Shown: piece after piece, positions 18,187-27,245 of the stretch | Layout of the letters: every line of letters starts with the position of its first letter | Position numbering within the stretch: the stretch's first letter is position 1 | NCBI RefSeq assembly: GCF_039521385.1 | Contig: NZ_BAAACG010000008.1 | Location: 703,438 to 735,437, forward strand | Direction: 5' to 3' | Length of the DNA: 32,000 bases | Origin: Clostridium oceanicum | Lineage (GTDB): Bacteria; Bacillota; Clostridia; Clostridiales; Clostridiaceae | The notes under the pieces: model-generated | What the model saw: the letters and a program-made list of their open reading frames with translations, nothing else | Databases searched by the model: none | What the model was told of the DNA's origin: nothing | Position numbers and translations under genes: made by a program

Positions 18187-18200
18187 ATGATTATATTTTA

Positions 18201-18608
18201 TTATAATGAAATTTCTCTATTTTTAACCCTATTAATTAAATCTTCTACTTTATCTTTAATTAAATCTCTAGTTTTTCTAAACTCTTCTATTGTTCCTCCA
18301 GAAGGATCAGTAAGTCCCCAATCTTCCATATGCTTATTAGGAATATATGGACAAACTACATTACACCCCATAGTTATTAAAATATCTAATTCACTTGGAA
18401 TATCTTCTAATAATTTAGGTTTATGAGAGGTCATGTCTATTCCTTCTTCTTCCATAACTTCAACTGCTAATGGTTTTACTTTATCATACTTTTCAGTTCC
18501 TGCTGAGTAAACTTCAAAAATATCACTGCCTAATTTTTTTAAATATCCCTCTGCCATCTGACTTCTACATGAATTATGAACACATACAAAAGCAACTTTA
18601 TATTTCAT
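18201..18608 (-). CDS. arsC: Arsenate reductase, LMW-PTP (thioredoxin-coupled) type
   Basis: N-terminal VAFVCVHNSCRSQMAEG (C-x5-R P-loop) plus downstream Cys residues (MGCNVVCP). Confidence 0.9.
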   Translation of the reverse strand: MKYKVAFVCVHNSCRSQMAEGYLKKLGSDIFEVYSAGTEKYDKVKPLAVEVMEEEGIDMTSHKPKLLEDIPSELDILITMGCNVVCPYIPNKHMEDWGLTDPSGGTIEEFRKTRDLIKDKVEDLINRVKNREISL

Positions 18609-18727
18609 TTTAATTCCTCCTAGTTATATAACTTATAGACTAAACACACAATATATATTAAAATTTACTTTTAACAACTTAAATGTTAAATAACTTATTA
18701 TCTTAATGGTTTATTTATATATAATTT

Positions 18728-19783
18728 TTAAAACCATTTTCTAGTTTTATTTGCTATTTTAACTAAGGTAAGCATTACAGGAACTTCAACTAATACTCCT
18801 ACTACTGTTGCTAATGCTGCTCCTGATTTTAAACCAAATAATGAAATAGCTACTGCAACTGCAAGTTCAAAGAAATTACTTGCTCCAATCATAGCTGCTG
18901 GAGCTGCAATATTATGCTTAAGTTTCCAAACCTTTGACCAAAAATATGCTATAAAGAAAATTAAAAATGTCTGTACTATTAAAGGAATAGCTATAAGTAT
19001 AATGTGAAATGGATTATTTAAAATAATTTCTCCTTGAAATGAAAATATAATGATTAATGTCAAAAGTAATCCTAAAATAGTGGTATTATCAAATTTTTTC
19101 AAAAATACTTTTTCAAAATATTCTATGCCTTTATTTTTAACTATATATTTTCTTGATAAATATCCTCCTAATAGTGGTATTACAACAAATAATATTACAG
19201 ATAAAATTAAAGTATCATAAGGAACTACAACATTACTTACTCCTAATAAAAAAGCAACTATTGGGGTAAAAGCAAATAAAAGTATTAAATCATTAACTGC
19301 TACTTGAACTAAAGTATAGGCTGGATTTCCTTTTGTAAGATGACTCCATACAAACACCATTGCTGTACAAGGTGCTGCACCTAAAAGTACTGCACCGGCT
19401 AAATATTCATTAGCTAGATTAGAATCAATTAATCCCTTAAAAACTACTTTTAAAAAGAAAGCAGCTATAATATACATAGTAAATGGCTTTATAAGCCAAT
19501 TTATTACACAAGTAACTGTAAGTCCTTTAGGATTCTTAGTAGCTTTTACCATACTAGAAAAATCAATTTTAAGCATCATTGGATATATCATAAGCCAAAT
19601 AAGGATTGCTACTGGAATAGATACTTTTGAATATTCAAATCTACTTAAAGTTTCAGGTATTACAGGTACGTATTTTCCAATTAAAACTCCAACTACTATA
19701 CATAATGTAACCCATACTGTTAAGTAACGTCCAAATATACCCATCTCATCTGAAGTTTTTACTTCTTCTTTTCTTTTGTTCAT
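18728..19783 (-). CDS. acr3: ACR3-family arsenite efflux permease
   Basis: About 10 TM segments and the conserved GAAPCTAMVFVW block typical of ACR3/ArsB(BART) transporters. It sits between arsR and arsC. Confidence 0.9.
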   Translation of the reverse strand: MNKRKEEVKTSDEMGIFGRYLTVWVTLCIVVGVLIGKYVPVIPETLSRFEYSKVSIPVAILIWLMIYPMMLKIDFSSMVKATKNPKGLTVTCVINWLIKPFTMYIIAAFFLKVVFKGLIDSNLANEYLAGAVLLGAAPCTAMVFVWSHLTKGNPAYTLVQVAVNDLILLFAFTPIVAFLLGVSNVVVPYDTLILSVILFVVIPLLGGYLSRKYIVKNKGIEYFEKVFLKKFDNTTILGLLLTLIIIFSFQGEIILNNPFHIILIAIPLIVQTFLIFFIAYFWSKVWKLKHNIAAPAAMIGASNFFELAVAVAISLFGLKSGAALATVVGVLVEVPVMLTLVKIANKTRKWF

Positions 19784-19823
19784 TTTAAATCCTCCTTATA
19801 TAAGTCACATTTAAATAAATAAT

Positions 19824-20198
19824 CTATTTTATTAAATTCAAGACTTGGTCTTTGTTTTCTTTAATACATTTACAATTTAATTCATGTTTTTTATATCTCA
19901 AGTATCTTTCTGAATCCCTTTTAAAAATAGATTTTCTAGAAAAACTATTCTGTAAATATTTTATAAGCTCTATATTATTTTTCTTAAATTCATCACTTAC
20001 TTTATAATGTACCCATTGAGCATCCTTTGATGAATCTATAACTCCAGAGCCTTTAAGTTTTACAAGATGTCTAGAAGCATTAGATTGTGTCATTTCAAGT
20101 ATAACCTCAATTTCACAAACACAAAGTTCATCATTCATAAGTAAATTTACCATTCTAAGCCTGTTTTCATCACTTAATGCTTTAAAAAGTTCTACCAT
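19824..20198 (-). CDS. arsR: ArsR/SmtB-family metalloregulator
   Basis: FKALSDENRLRMVNLL, ELCVCEI (metal-binding CVC) and SNASRHLVKLK (recognition helix). It is the first gene of the ars operon. Confidence 0.9.
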   Translation of the reverse strand: MVELFKALSDENRLRMVNLLMNDELCVCEIEVILEMTQSNASRHLVKLKGSGVIDSSKDAQWVHYKVSDEFKKNNIELIKYLQNSFSRKSIFKRDSERYLRYKKHELNCKCIKENKDQVLNLIK

Positions 20199-20212
20199 TT
20201 AAATCACCTCTT

Positions 20213-20287
20213 ATATTACTATATTTGATTATACTCATATACTATCATTTATATATTTATTTTGTCAATATAAAATATTACTATATT
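20213..20287 (-). promoter_or_regulatory. ars promoter region with two identical 13-mers (candidate ArsR operators)
   Basis: On the minus strand, TTGACA (20268..20263), 18 nt, TAGTAT (20244..20239). ATATTACTATATT (plus-strand reading) occurs at 20213..20225, between the -10 and the SD, and again at 20275..20287, just upstream of the -35. Confidence 0.4.
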
Positions 20288-20521
20288 AAATGTAATAAAT
20301 ACTACTTTATAAATATACTTACCTTTCTTTTTTAAATTTATTTACTTAAAATATAAAACTTTTATAGTGTAGATACACAATTTATATATATTAAAATACT
20401 ATACATTACTATTTTTTCAAAAAATCGCCTTACTTTGACAATAATAAAACAATGTTTTGAATAATTAATTATATAATTCATTCATTTATTAGTTTTTTTA
20501 ATACAAGTATTATTTAAATAA

Positions 20522-20556
20522 TAAAAAGAGAGCATATTTATCATATACTCTCTTTA
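20522..20556 (-). terminator. Intrinsic terminator after the methyltransferase gene
   Basis: GAGAGCATAT (20528..20537) / ATATACTCTC (20543..20552) with one mismatch and a 5-nt loop. The A-run at 20523..20527 gives a U-run on the minus strand. Confidence 0.6.
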
Positions 20557-20595
20557 AAACTAAATATTTTCTTTTAAGATAATGTAAAGTATAAT

Positions 20596-21318
20596 TTATT
20601 TTTTTGCAACTATTATTTTTAATGAAGGATAGGTATCAAATATATATGGTTTTGATACTTTTACTTTAAATCCCATGTCACAAAGTAATTTTTTGTGCTC
20701 TATAGTATGCCTAAAATCTGATAAAACAAGTGTACCATCTTTTTTAACAACTCTTGCCATTTCACATATAGCTTTTATTCTTTCATCTTTATCATGTATA
20801 TTATGAATACATAAATTAGATAAAACTACATCAAAAGATTCATCTTTAAAAGATAGCGCAGAAGCATTTTGAGTTTTAATCTTTATTTTATCTTCTACTC
20901 CCTCTATCTTCATATTTTTATTAATATAAAACTTAGTGTTATCTAATATATCTCCTTTACCTTTCCATATATCAATTCCTATAAGCTTACCTGTAGTAAG
21001 TTTTTTAGCAGCTTTTATAGCAACTAATCCTCTACCAATTCCAACATCTAATACCTTTTCATTACCTTTCCAGTCTACAGAATCTACAATTCTATCTCTA
21101 TGCTTAAATTTTCCCCATATAACATAGTTAATCATTCTAAGGCCATTTAATACTCCTATAACCCCTACTACTAAAAATATATACCCAATTGCTATTGATT
21201 CAGTATATTTAAATAAAAACATAGATACTAATAAACATAACAGACCTATAGAAAAAGAATTAATTATTACCTTTGTTTTATTAACACCATAATAAGGTTT
21301 AGTGTAATTTTTCATCAT
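20596..21318 (-). CDS. Membrane-anchored class I SAM-dependent methyltransferase
   Basis: Two N-terminal TM segments (VIINSFSIGLLCLLVSMFLF and IAIGYIFLVVGVIGVLNGL) followed by motif I VLDVGIGRGLVAI and the post-II block FDVVLSNLCIHNIHD. GGAGG RBS is upstream. Confidence 0.8.
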   Translation of the reverse strand: MMKNYTKPYYGVNKTKVIINSFSIGLLCLLVSMFLFKYTESIAIGYIFLVVGVIGVLNGLRMINYVIWGKFKHRDRIVDSVDWKGNEKVLDVGIGRGLVAIKAAKKLTTGKLIGIDIWKGKGDILDNTKFYINKNMKIEGVEDKIKIKTQNASALSFKDESFDVVLSNLCIHNIHDKDERIKAICEMARVVKKDGTLVLSDFRHTIEHKKLLCDMGFKVKVSKPYIFDTYPSLKIIVAKK

Positions 21319-21493
21319 ATGTCATACCTCCGTTCTTTTTTTGAATACAACAATCTATTTCCTTGTAAAATTAATTATTAATTTTATTTATATAATAAAA
21401 GATTGATAAATTTTTATTAAACTACTCTATACTATAAGTATACTATAGTTTATGCATTTTACAAAGTTTTGAATAAAATTTTAATTTTATTAC

Positions 21494-21522
21494 TTTACAA
21501 ATTTAGCATAGTAAAGTATAAT
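21494..21522 (+). promoter_or_regulatory. Near-consensus sigma-A promoter of the ABC transporter genes
   Basis: TTTACA (21494..21499), exactly 17 nt, TATAAT (21517..21522). It lies about 30 nt upstream of ATG 21554, so there is no room for a long leader. Confidence 0.65.
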
Positions 21523-21553
21523 ACTACTATAGATAAAAAGGGGGCTTTAAATT

Positions 21554-22360
21554 ATGAAAAAAAGAATTATTTCTGTTCTTATATTAACTTTCTCATTAAT
21601 ATTTTTATTAACCGGTTGTGGTAAAAAAGATTCTAAATCTGATACTTCTTTAGAAGACATAAAATCTAAAGGTAAATTTATAGTAGGATTAGATGATAGT
21701 TTTCCTCCTATGGGATTTAAAGACGACAAAGGAAATATCGTAGGATTTGATATAGATTTAGCTAAAGAAGTTGGGAAAAAATTAGGTGTAAAAGTAGAAT
21801 TTAAACCTGTAGACTGGGACGGCGTAGTATTAAGCTTAAAAAATAAAGATATTGATGTTATATGGAACGGATTAACTATAACTGATAAAAGAAAAGAACA
21901 AATAGGATTTTCAACTCCATACCTTCAAAATAAGCAAATAGTAGTTGTTAGAAAAGATTCTAACATTAAAAAGAAAGCTGACTTAAAAGATAAAACTGTT
22001 GGTGTTCAATTAGGAAGTAGTAGTGAAACCGCTCTAACAGATGCAAAAGATATATCTGCTTCACTAAAAGAAATGAAAAAATACTCTAACAATACAGAAG
22101 CACTTATGGATCTTCAGGCTAAGCGTCTAGAAGCCGTTGTAGTTGATGAAGTTGTTGGAAGATATTATATAAGTAAAAAACCAGACCTATATAAAGTTTT
22201 AGATGAAGACTTTGGTAGAGAATCTTATGGAATAGGAATAAGAAAAGAAGATAAATCTTTTAAAGAAGCTATAGATAAAGAATTAGATGCTCTTAAAAAA
22301 GATGGAACTTATGATAAAATTTCAAAAAAATGGTTTGGTGAAACTATAAAACAAAAATAG
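21554..22360 (+). CDS. Polar amino-acid ABC transporter substrate-binding lipoprotein (SBP family 3)
   Basis: Lipobox LLTGCG, then GLDDSFPPMGFKDDKGNIVGFDIDLAKEVGKKLG and the WNGLTIT block typical of family-3 binding proteins. Confidence 0.88.
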   Translation: MKKRIISVLILTFSLIFLLTGCGKKDSKSDTSLEDIKSKGKFIVGLDDSFPPMGFKDDKGNIVGFDIDLAKEVGKKLGVKVEFKPVDWDGVVLSLKNKDIDVIWNGLTITDKRKEQIGFSTPYLQNKQIVVVRKDSNIKKKADLKDKTVGVQLGSSSETALTDAKDISASLKEMKKYSNNTEALMDLQAKRLEAVVVDEVVGRYYISKKPDLYKVLDEDFGRESYGIGIRKEDKSFKEAIDKELDALKKDGTYDKISKKWFGETIKQK

Positions 22361-22382
22361 ATTATACTAGGAAGTGATTTAA

Positions 22383-23021
22383 ATGGTTAATTTCTCAGAT
22401 GTTACAATATTTATACTTAAAGGAAGCGTTATATCTTTAAAATTATTTTTCATAACTATGATTTTTTCTATACCACTAGGTATGTTAATAGCTATGGGGA
22501 AAATTTCAAAATCAAAAATTCTTAAAATTATTCTTGGTGCATATACATGGATATTTAGAGGAACTCCTCTTATGCTACAATTATTCTTTGCTTATTTTGG
22601 ACTACCAGTAATAGGTATAAGATTAAGTCCACTAACTGCAGCTTCTATAACATTTATAATAAACTATAGCGCCTATCTAGCTGAAATATTTAGAGGTGGT
22701 ATAGAATCTATAGACAAAGGTCAATATGAAGCTTCTAAAGTTATAGGACTAAACCACTTTCAAACTATGTTTAAAGTTATAATTCCTCAAGCTGTAAGAA
22801 ATGTAGTTCCTGCTGTATGTAATGAGAATATAAACCTTATTAAAGATTCCGCTTTGGTAGCAGCTATTGGTATAGGGGATATGCTAAGAGCAGCAAAAGA
22901 AATTGTAACAAGAGAATTTACAATCACTCCTTTCTTTATAGCAGCCTTATTGTATTTGTTAATGACTGCAGTAATAGTTATTGCATTTAGACAACTAGAA
23001 AAAAAACTTTGTGTTTATTAA
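22383..23021 (+). CDS. Amino-acid ABC transporter permease (HisMQ/GlnP type)
   Basis: FRGTPLMLQLFF and the EAA-type loop YEASKVIGLNHFQTMFKVIIPQA. About 5 TM segments. Confidence 0.88.
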   Translation: MVNFSDVTIFILKGSVISLKLFFITMIFSIPLGMLIAMGKISKSKILKIILGAYTWIFRGTPLMLQLFFAYFGLPVIGIRLSPLTAASITFIINYSAYLAEIFRGGIESIDKGQYEASKVIGLNHFQTMFKVIIPQAVRNVVPAVCNENINLIKDSALVAAIGIGDMLRAAKEIVTREFTITPFFIAALLYLLMTAVIVIAFRQLEKKLCVY

Positions 23022-23025
23022 ATAA

Positions 23026-23063
23026 AAAGGACTTTTAGATTTTTCATCTAAAAGTCCTTTTTA
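23026..23063. terminator. Bidirectional intrinsic terminator between the permease gene and the convergent surface-protein gene
   Basis: AAAAAGGACTTTTAGAT (23026..23041 region) / ATCTAAAAGTCCTTTTT (23047..23063) form a perfect 14-bp core with loop TTTTC. Confidence 0.85.
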
Positions 23064-23069
23064 CTTATT

Positions 23070-24488
23070 TTATATATCCATTAAACCATCCCAGAAATCT
23101 ACACGCCATTTACCATCTTCATAAATTAATCTAGCTTTATATCTCATACTACATTCCTCTGATGAATCTCTAATTTTCATAACTAAATCTACCTTATTTT
23201 TAGAAATTGATTTGTTTATAATTTTAGCATTTAATATATCTGGATTATAATCACCTAATTGGCCAACTTTTTTACAATATTGACCATTTATTTTTTTTAC
23301 TTCAAGTATACTCATGAATCTATTAATAGCACTCTTTGTATAATATTTATTTAAATAAGAAAATAACTTTTCCTTACTATTAAATTTATCTTCAAATTTT
23401 TCATAATACTTATCTCCAATATGCATTGAAGGCATTGTTCCATTAGTTTCTACTACTGGGTATGCTAGTTTATTAGCATTATATATAAGCTTCAATGCTT
23501 CACTATCATTTAAGTATCTAATACCTTCTGAAATACTATTATAAGCTATATCTGAAACTACAAAAGTACCACCTAAAGCTATTACATCTTTATATTTATT
23601 ATGATTAGCTTTCACTGAAGACATTACTGATTCATCAACAGAATCTCCTACTAAAATTAATGGTGATTTAGTTAATGATGCTAATGCACTTCCACATAAT
23701 GCGTCTGGATAATCTTTACCTGAAGCAACATAAACTTTGCCATAATTGAATTTGTCAGAAAAATAATTTAATATCTTTGAATTTGTAGAATATCTATTTT
23801 TTCCTCCAAGTCTTACACTATTATTTAACTTTGAAGCAACTTTATCACTTACAACTCCAGTTGATCCAACTACATAGTTTTCAGTAAATGTTTTATTTGA
23901 TAAAAAATCTTTATTTACTTTAGGTAATTCATTTTTTTTAGTAAATAATATTGCCATTTCCCTTTGGGCTGCAACTGGTGCTATTGATAAAGCATCTGCG
24001 AAACCATAAGCATTAGTTACTACTACTCCTTTTAAATTTTTTAGATTTTTAGCAACTTCTATAGATGTTTCGAATCTATCTTTTCCATATATTCTTTTAG
24101 TTTCAATGCCCATCTTTTCTATTTCTCTTTTTACACTATTATCTATAACTCCAGTTGCTCCAATAATAAATACTTTCTTTACTTTAAGTCTTGATAATTG
24201 TTCTTTACTTTCCTTATTTAAAGTATTTTTATTAGTTAAAAGTATGGGCGCCTTATATTGTTTAGCTAAAGGACTAGCACACAACGCATCTGCAAAGCCT
24301 TGTCCACTTGCTATTACTGCATACTTTGATTCTGACCACCCTTTCTCTACAATTTTAGAATTAGTTTCATATCTATTATTTCCACATAACCTTTCTTGTG
24401 ATGTTTCTGCTTTTACAACATTAGATGTAAAAAACATAGCACAGCATAAAGCTAGGACAAAAGTAATACTTATTAATTTTTTTCTCAT
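23070..24488 (-). CDS. Secreted cell-wall-binding protein: 3 CWB2 repeats plus a C-terminal domain of uncertain function
   Basis: Signal peptide MRKKLISITFVLALCCAMFFTSNVVKA. There are three repeats of the R(Y/F)ETN/S ... G.(G/Y)FADAL ... PILL pattern (clostridial CWB2). The C-terminal ~150 aa (KEKLFSYLNKYYTKSAINRFM...) weakly recalls IseA-like inhibitor domains. Confidence 0.8.
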   Translation of the reverse strand: MRKKLISITFVLALCCAMFFTSNVVKAETSQERLCGNNRYETNSKIVEKGWSESKYAVIASGQGFADALCASPLAKQYKAPILLTNKNTLNKESKEQLSRLKVKKVFIIGATGVIDNSVKREIEKMGIETKRIYGKDRFETSIEVAKNLKNLKGVVVTNAYGFADALSIAPVAAQREMAILFTKKNELPKVNKDFLSNKTFTENYVVGSTGVVSDKVASKLNNSVRLGGKNRYSTNSKILNYFSDKFNYGKVYVASGKDYPDALCGSALASLTKSPLILVGDSVDESVMSSVKANHNKYKDVIALGGTFVVSDIAYNSISEGIRYLNDSEALKLIYNANKLAYPVVETNGTMPSMHIGDKYYEKFEDKFNSKEKLFSYLNKYYTKSAINRFMSILEVKKINGQYCKKVGQLGDYNPDILNAKIINKSISKNKVDLVMKIRDSSEECSMRYKARLIYEDGKWRVDFWDGLMDI

Positions 24489-24878
24489 ATTCTCCTCTGT
24501 ACCTCCTATATTTTTATATATTATAATGATTATATTTATTAAAAAATAATAATTTAGATATCTTTATAAATTAAAAAATAATCTATATTAAATAATTTTT
24601 ATAATTATGATATAAGGTACTATTTTTCATTATACAAATATATGATTCAAAAACTTTTTTAGAACTAAAATCAACTAAAAATCTTATTTAATATAAATTC
24701 TATTGTATAACTCTCATATAATTAATATAATAATAATATATTAACTTAATTTACCATTTGTTATAATTTGACTTAAAATACTTTCAATATATAAGTATTA
24801 TGTATCAATAAATTTAAATATACGTTAGATAAAAATATTAATATTAAACCTAATCAAATATTTAAAGAAGGTGATCTA

Positions 24879-25814
24879 TTGAAAGCTGATGCTGTTTTTG
24901 ACAGTGGAGGTATAAAAGGTATTGGAATTATTGGTGCTTTAAGTTACATGGAATCAAAAGGATTTGAATGGCAACGTACTGCTGGTAGTTCTGTAGGAGC
25001 TTTAATTGCTGCTTTTGTAGCTGCTGGATATAATTCTAAAGATTTAAAAAACATAGTAACAAATATAAATCTTATAAACTTTTTAGATAAAGAAGGTGTT
25101 CAAAAGATACCTTTAGTTGGTAAAGCATTAGGATTTTTCGTTGATAAAGGTATATATTCTGGGGAATATATAGAATCTTGGATAGATGACATGCTAAAAG
25201 TAAAAGGAATAAAGACTTTCAAAGATTTATATAAAAATGGTGAATGTAGACTAAAAATAATAGCTGGAGACATAACTAGAAAAAAAATGATAACATTTCC
25301 TGATGATCTTTATCTCTATGGGTTATCTCCTAGTACTTTTAAAGTTTCTAGAGCTATAAGAATGAGTATTAGTATTCCCTTTTATTTTAAACCAGTAGAA
25401 TTTATTCATGGAAATGGATTGAGCTATGTAGTTGATGGAAGTGTTTGTTGTTCTTATCCTATATCAATATTTGATTCAAAAGCTGATCCTAAATGGCCTA
25501 CTATAGGATTCAAATTTGATAATCCTAATGTGACTAATACAAAACTTGGCAAAACAGATCCACTATCTTTTTTATTTGATATAGCCGATACTATGAACTA
25601 TAAAAATGAAAATAGCTGGATTAATGATGAAAATTTATCTAGAAGTATACTTATTCCTACAGATGGAATATCTTCAACTGATTTTGATATATCAAAAAAT
25701 AAAATTATAAAACTATTTAAAAGTGGATATAAATCAGCTATGAAATTTAATGATTCTTGGGATTTTCAAGACTACTTACAAAAATATAGACATAAAAATA
25801 AAGATATTATTTAA
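24879..25814 (+). CDS. Patatin-like phospholipase
   Basis: TTG start with a GAAGGTGA RBS. Oxyanion motif DSGGIKGIG, nucleophile elbow GSSVG and catalytic Asp context VVDGS are all present. Confidence 0.85.
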   Translation: MKADAVFDSGGIKGIGIIGALSYMESKGFEWQRTAGSSVGALIAAFVAAGYNSKDLKNIVTNINLINFLDKEGVQKIPLVGKALGFFVDKGIYSGEYIESWIDDMLKVKGIKTFKDLYKNGECRLKIIAGDITRKKMITFPDDLYLYGLSPSTFKVSRAIRMSISIPFYFKPVEFIHGNGLSYVVDGSVCCSYPISIFDSKADPKWPTIGFKFDNPNVTNTKLGKTDPLSFLFDIADTMNYKNENSWINDENLSRSILIPTDGISSTDFDISKNKIIKLFKSGYKSAMKFNDSWDFQDYLQKYRHKNKDII

Positions 25815-25817
25815 GCT

Positions 25818-25855
25818 AAAAAAACCAGATTCCAATTTAGGAATCTGGTTTTTTA
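25818..25855. terminator. Bidirectional intrinsic terminator between convergent patatin and pepT genes
   Basis: CCAGATTCC (25825..25833) / GGAATCTGG (25840..25848) with loop AATTTA, flanked by an A7 run and a T6 run. Confidence 0.85.
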
Positions 25856-25885
25856 TTTATAATTCAATTTATATTAAATACACTC

Positions 25886-27121
25886 TTACTTAAAATCTTT
25901 TCTAGCATAAAGTTCTATTATTTTTAATATAACTTTGTTTGCTTTTTCCATGCATTGAATTGGAATATATTCATATCTCCCATGGAAGTTATGAGCTCCT
26001 GTAAATAAGTTTGGTGTTGGAAGCCCCATGTAAGATAGCATAGCACCATCAGTACCTCCTCTTATTGGAACTACATTTGGCTCTACCCCTGCTTCTTTCA
26101 TAGCTTCATATGCTACATCTACTACATATTTTACTTTTTCTACTTTTTCTTTCATATTATAATATTGGTCACTAATATCTACAGTTACAATATCTTTTCC
26201 ATAATCTTTATTTATTTTATCTCCTATGTTTTTAAAGAACGCTTTTCTATTTTCAAAATTTTCTTTATCAAAATCTCTAATAATATAGTTAAGTTCTGTT
26301 TGTTCTACTCCACCTTTTATACCAACTAAATGATAAAAACCTTCATATCCTTCTGTTTTTTCAGGAACTTCCTTTTCTGGTATCATACTCATAAATTCTT
26401 TTGAAACATTTATTGAATTAATCATTTTATTTTTAGCAGAACCTGGATGAACATTTCTTCCCTCTATTGTAACTTTTGCTTTAGCAGCATTAAAGTTTTC
26501 ATATTCTAGTTCTCCAATAGTTCCTCCATCTACTGTATATGCAACTTTTGCTCCAAATTTTTCTACCGGAAAATGCTCTGCACCTTTTCCAACTTCTTCG
26601 TCTGGAGTAAATCCAATTTTTACAGTACCATGTTTTATATCTGGATTTTTGATTAAATATTCTACCGCTGTAATTATTTCTGCTATACCTGCTTTGTCGT
26701 CTGCTCCAAGAAGCGTATTTCCATCGGTAACTATAATATCTAATCCTTTATAATCTTTTATTTCTGGAAATTCTTTTGTATCTATTATTATGTTTTTTTC
26801 CTTATTTAGTGTTATGTTTTCTCCATCATAATTTTCTACAATTCTAGGTTTTACATCTTTACCACTCATGTCTGGGCTTGTATCCATATGAGATATAAAT
26901 CCTATAACTGGAACATCTTTTTCTATATTGCTTTCTAAAGTAGCTGTAACATATCCCTTTTCATCTAAAGATACATCACTTAACCCTAATCCTTTTAATT
27001 CTTCATATAGTTTTTTAGCAAAAACTAATTGTTTTTCTGTAGTAGGAACTGTACTACTTTCTTCATCTGACTGAGAATCAATGGTTACATAACCTAAAAA
27101 TCTTTCTACTAAATTATTCAT
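25886..27121 (-). CDS. pepT: Peptidase T (tripeptide aminopeptidase, M20B)
   Basis: N-terminal [16 protein letters not shown], plus [23 protein letters not shown] and FTPDEEVG metal-ligand blocks. Confidence 0.92.
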   Translation of the reverse strand: MNNLVERFLGYVTIDSQSDEESSTVPTTEKQLVFAKKLYEELKGLGLSDVSLDEKGYVTATLESNIEKDVPVIGFISHMDTSPDMSGKDVKPRIVENYDGENITLNKEKNIIIDTKEFPEIKDYKGLDIIVTDGNTLLGADDKAGIAEIITAVEYLIKNPDIKHGTVKIGFTPDEEVGKGAEHFPVEKFGAKVAYTVDGGTIGELEYENFNAAKAKVTIEGRNVHPGSAKNKMINSINVSKEFMSMIPEKEVPEKTEGYEGFYHLVGIKGGVEQTELNYIIRDFDKENFENRKAFFKNIGDKINKDYGKDIVTVDISDQYYNMKEKVEKVKYVVDVAYEAMKEAGVEPNVVPIRGGTDGAMLSYMGLPTPNLFTGAHNFHGRYEYIPIQCMEKANKVILKIIELYARKDFK

Positions 27122-27171
27122 TTTAAATGCTCCCCCTCTGATATTTTATATGTTATTTTACATAAAGAGAA

Positions 27172-27219
27172 TTCTAAATTTCATGTTAAAACTAAATTGC
27201 TTTAACATGAAATTTAGAA
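27172..27219 (-). terminator. Perfect 19-bp inverted repeat between the chemoreceptor gene end and the pepT start (terminator and/or operator)
   Basis: TTCTAAATTTCATGTTAAA (27172..27190), 10-nt loop, TTTAACATGAAATTTAGAA (27201..27219). On the minus strand it is followed by TTCTCTTTATG, which is only moderately U-rich. Confidence 0.5.
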
Positions 27220-27245
27220 ACTTTTAAAATCTATAGATCTTAATT

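Noticed and set aside
15510-18426. Antisense ORFs 15510..15839, 16837..17181, 17856..18065 and 18187..18426 opposite thiD/cytX, thiM, thiE and arsC.
   Set aside because: Each lies on the strand opposite a CDS with clear family motifs. None has a recognisable domain or a start context.
20596-21318. The idea that the methyltransferase next to the ars operon is an ArsM-type arsenite methyltransferase.
   Set aside because: It has its own terminator and promoter, separated from arsR by about 400 bp. It shows only generic class I motifs (VLDVGIG, DVVLSNLCIHNIHD), and I cannot identify the conserved ArsM cysteine pattern. The link rests on adjacency alone.
20936-21729. ORFs 20936..21127 (+) and 21547..21729 (-).
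   Set aside because: These are shadows of the methyltransferase and SBP genes respectively. They show no SD or family signal.
24106-24549. A 147-aa plus-strand ORF opposite the CWB2 protein gene. Also 28600..28788 opposite the MCP and 30149..30361 opposite addA.
   Set aside because: They are antisense shadow ORFs within well-supported genes, with hydrophobic low-complexity translations.
24879-25814. Patatin gene as a CBASS (CapV-like) effector.
   Set aside because: There is no cyclase/nucleotidyltransferase or other CBASS component on either side. The flanking genes are a surface protein and pepT.
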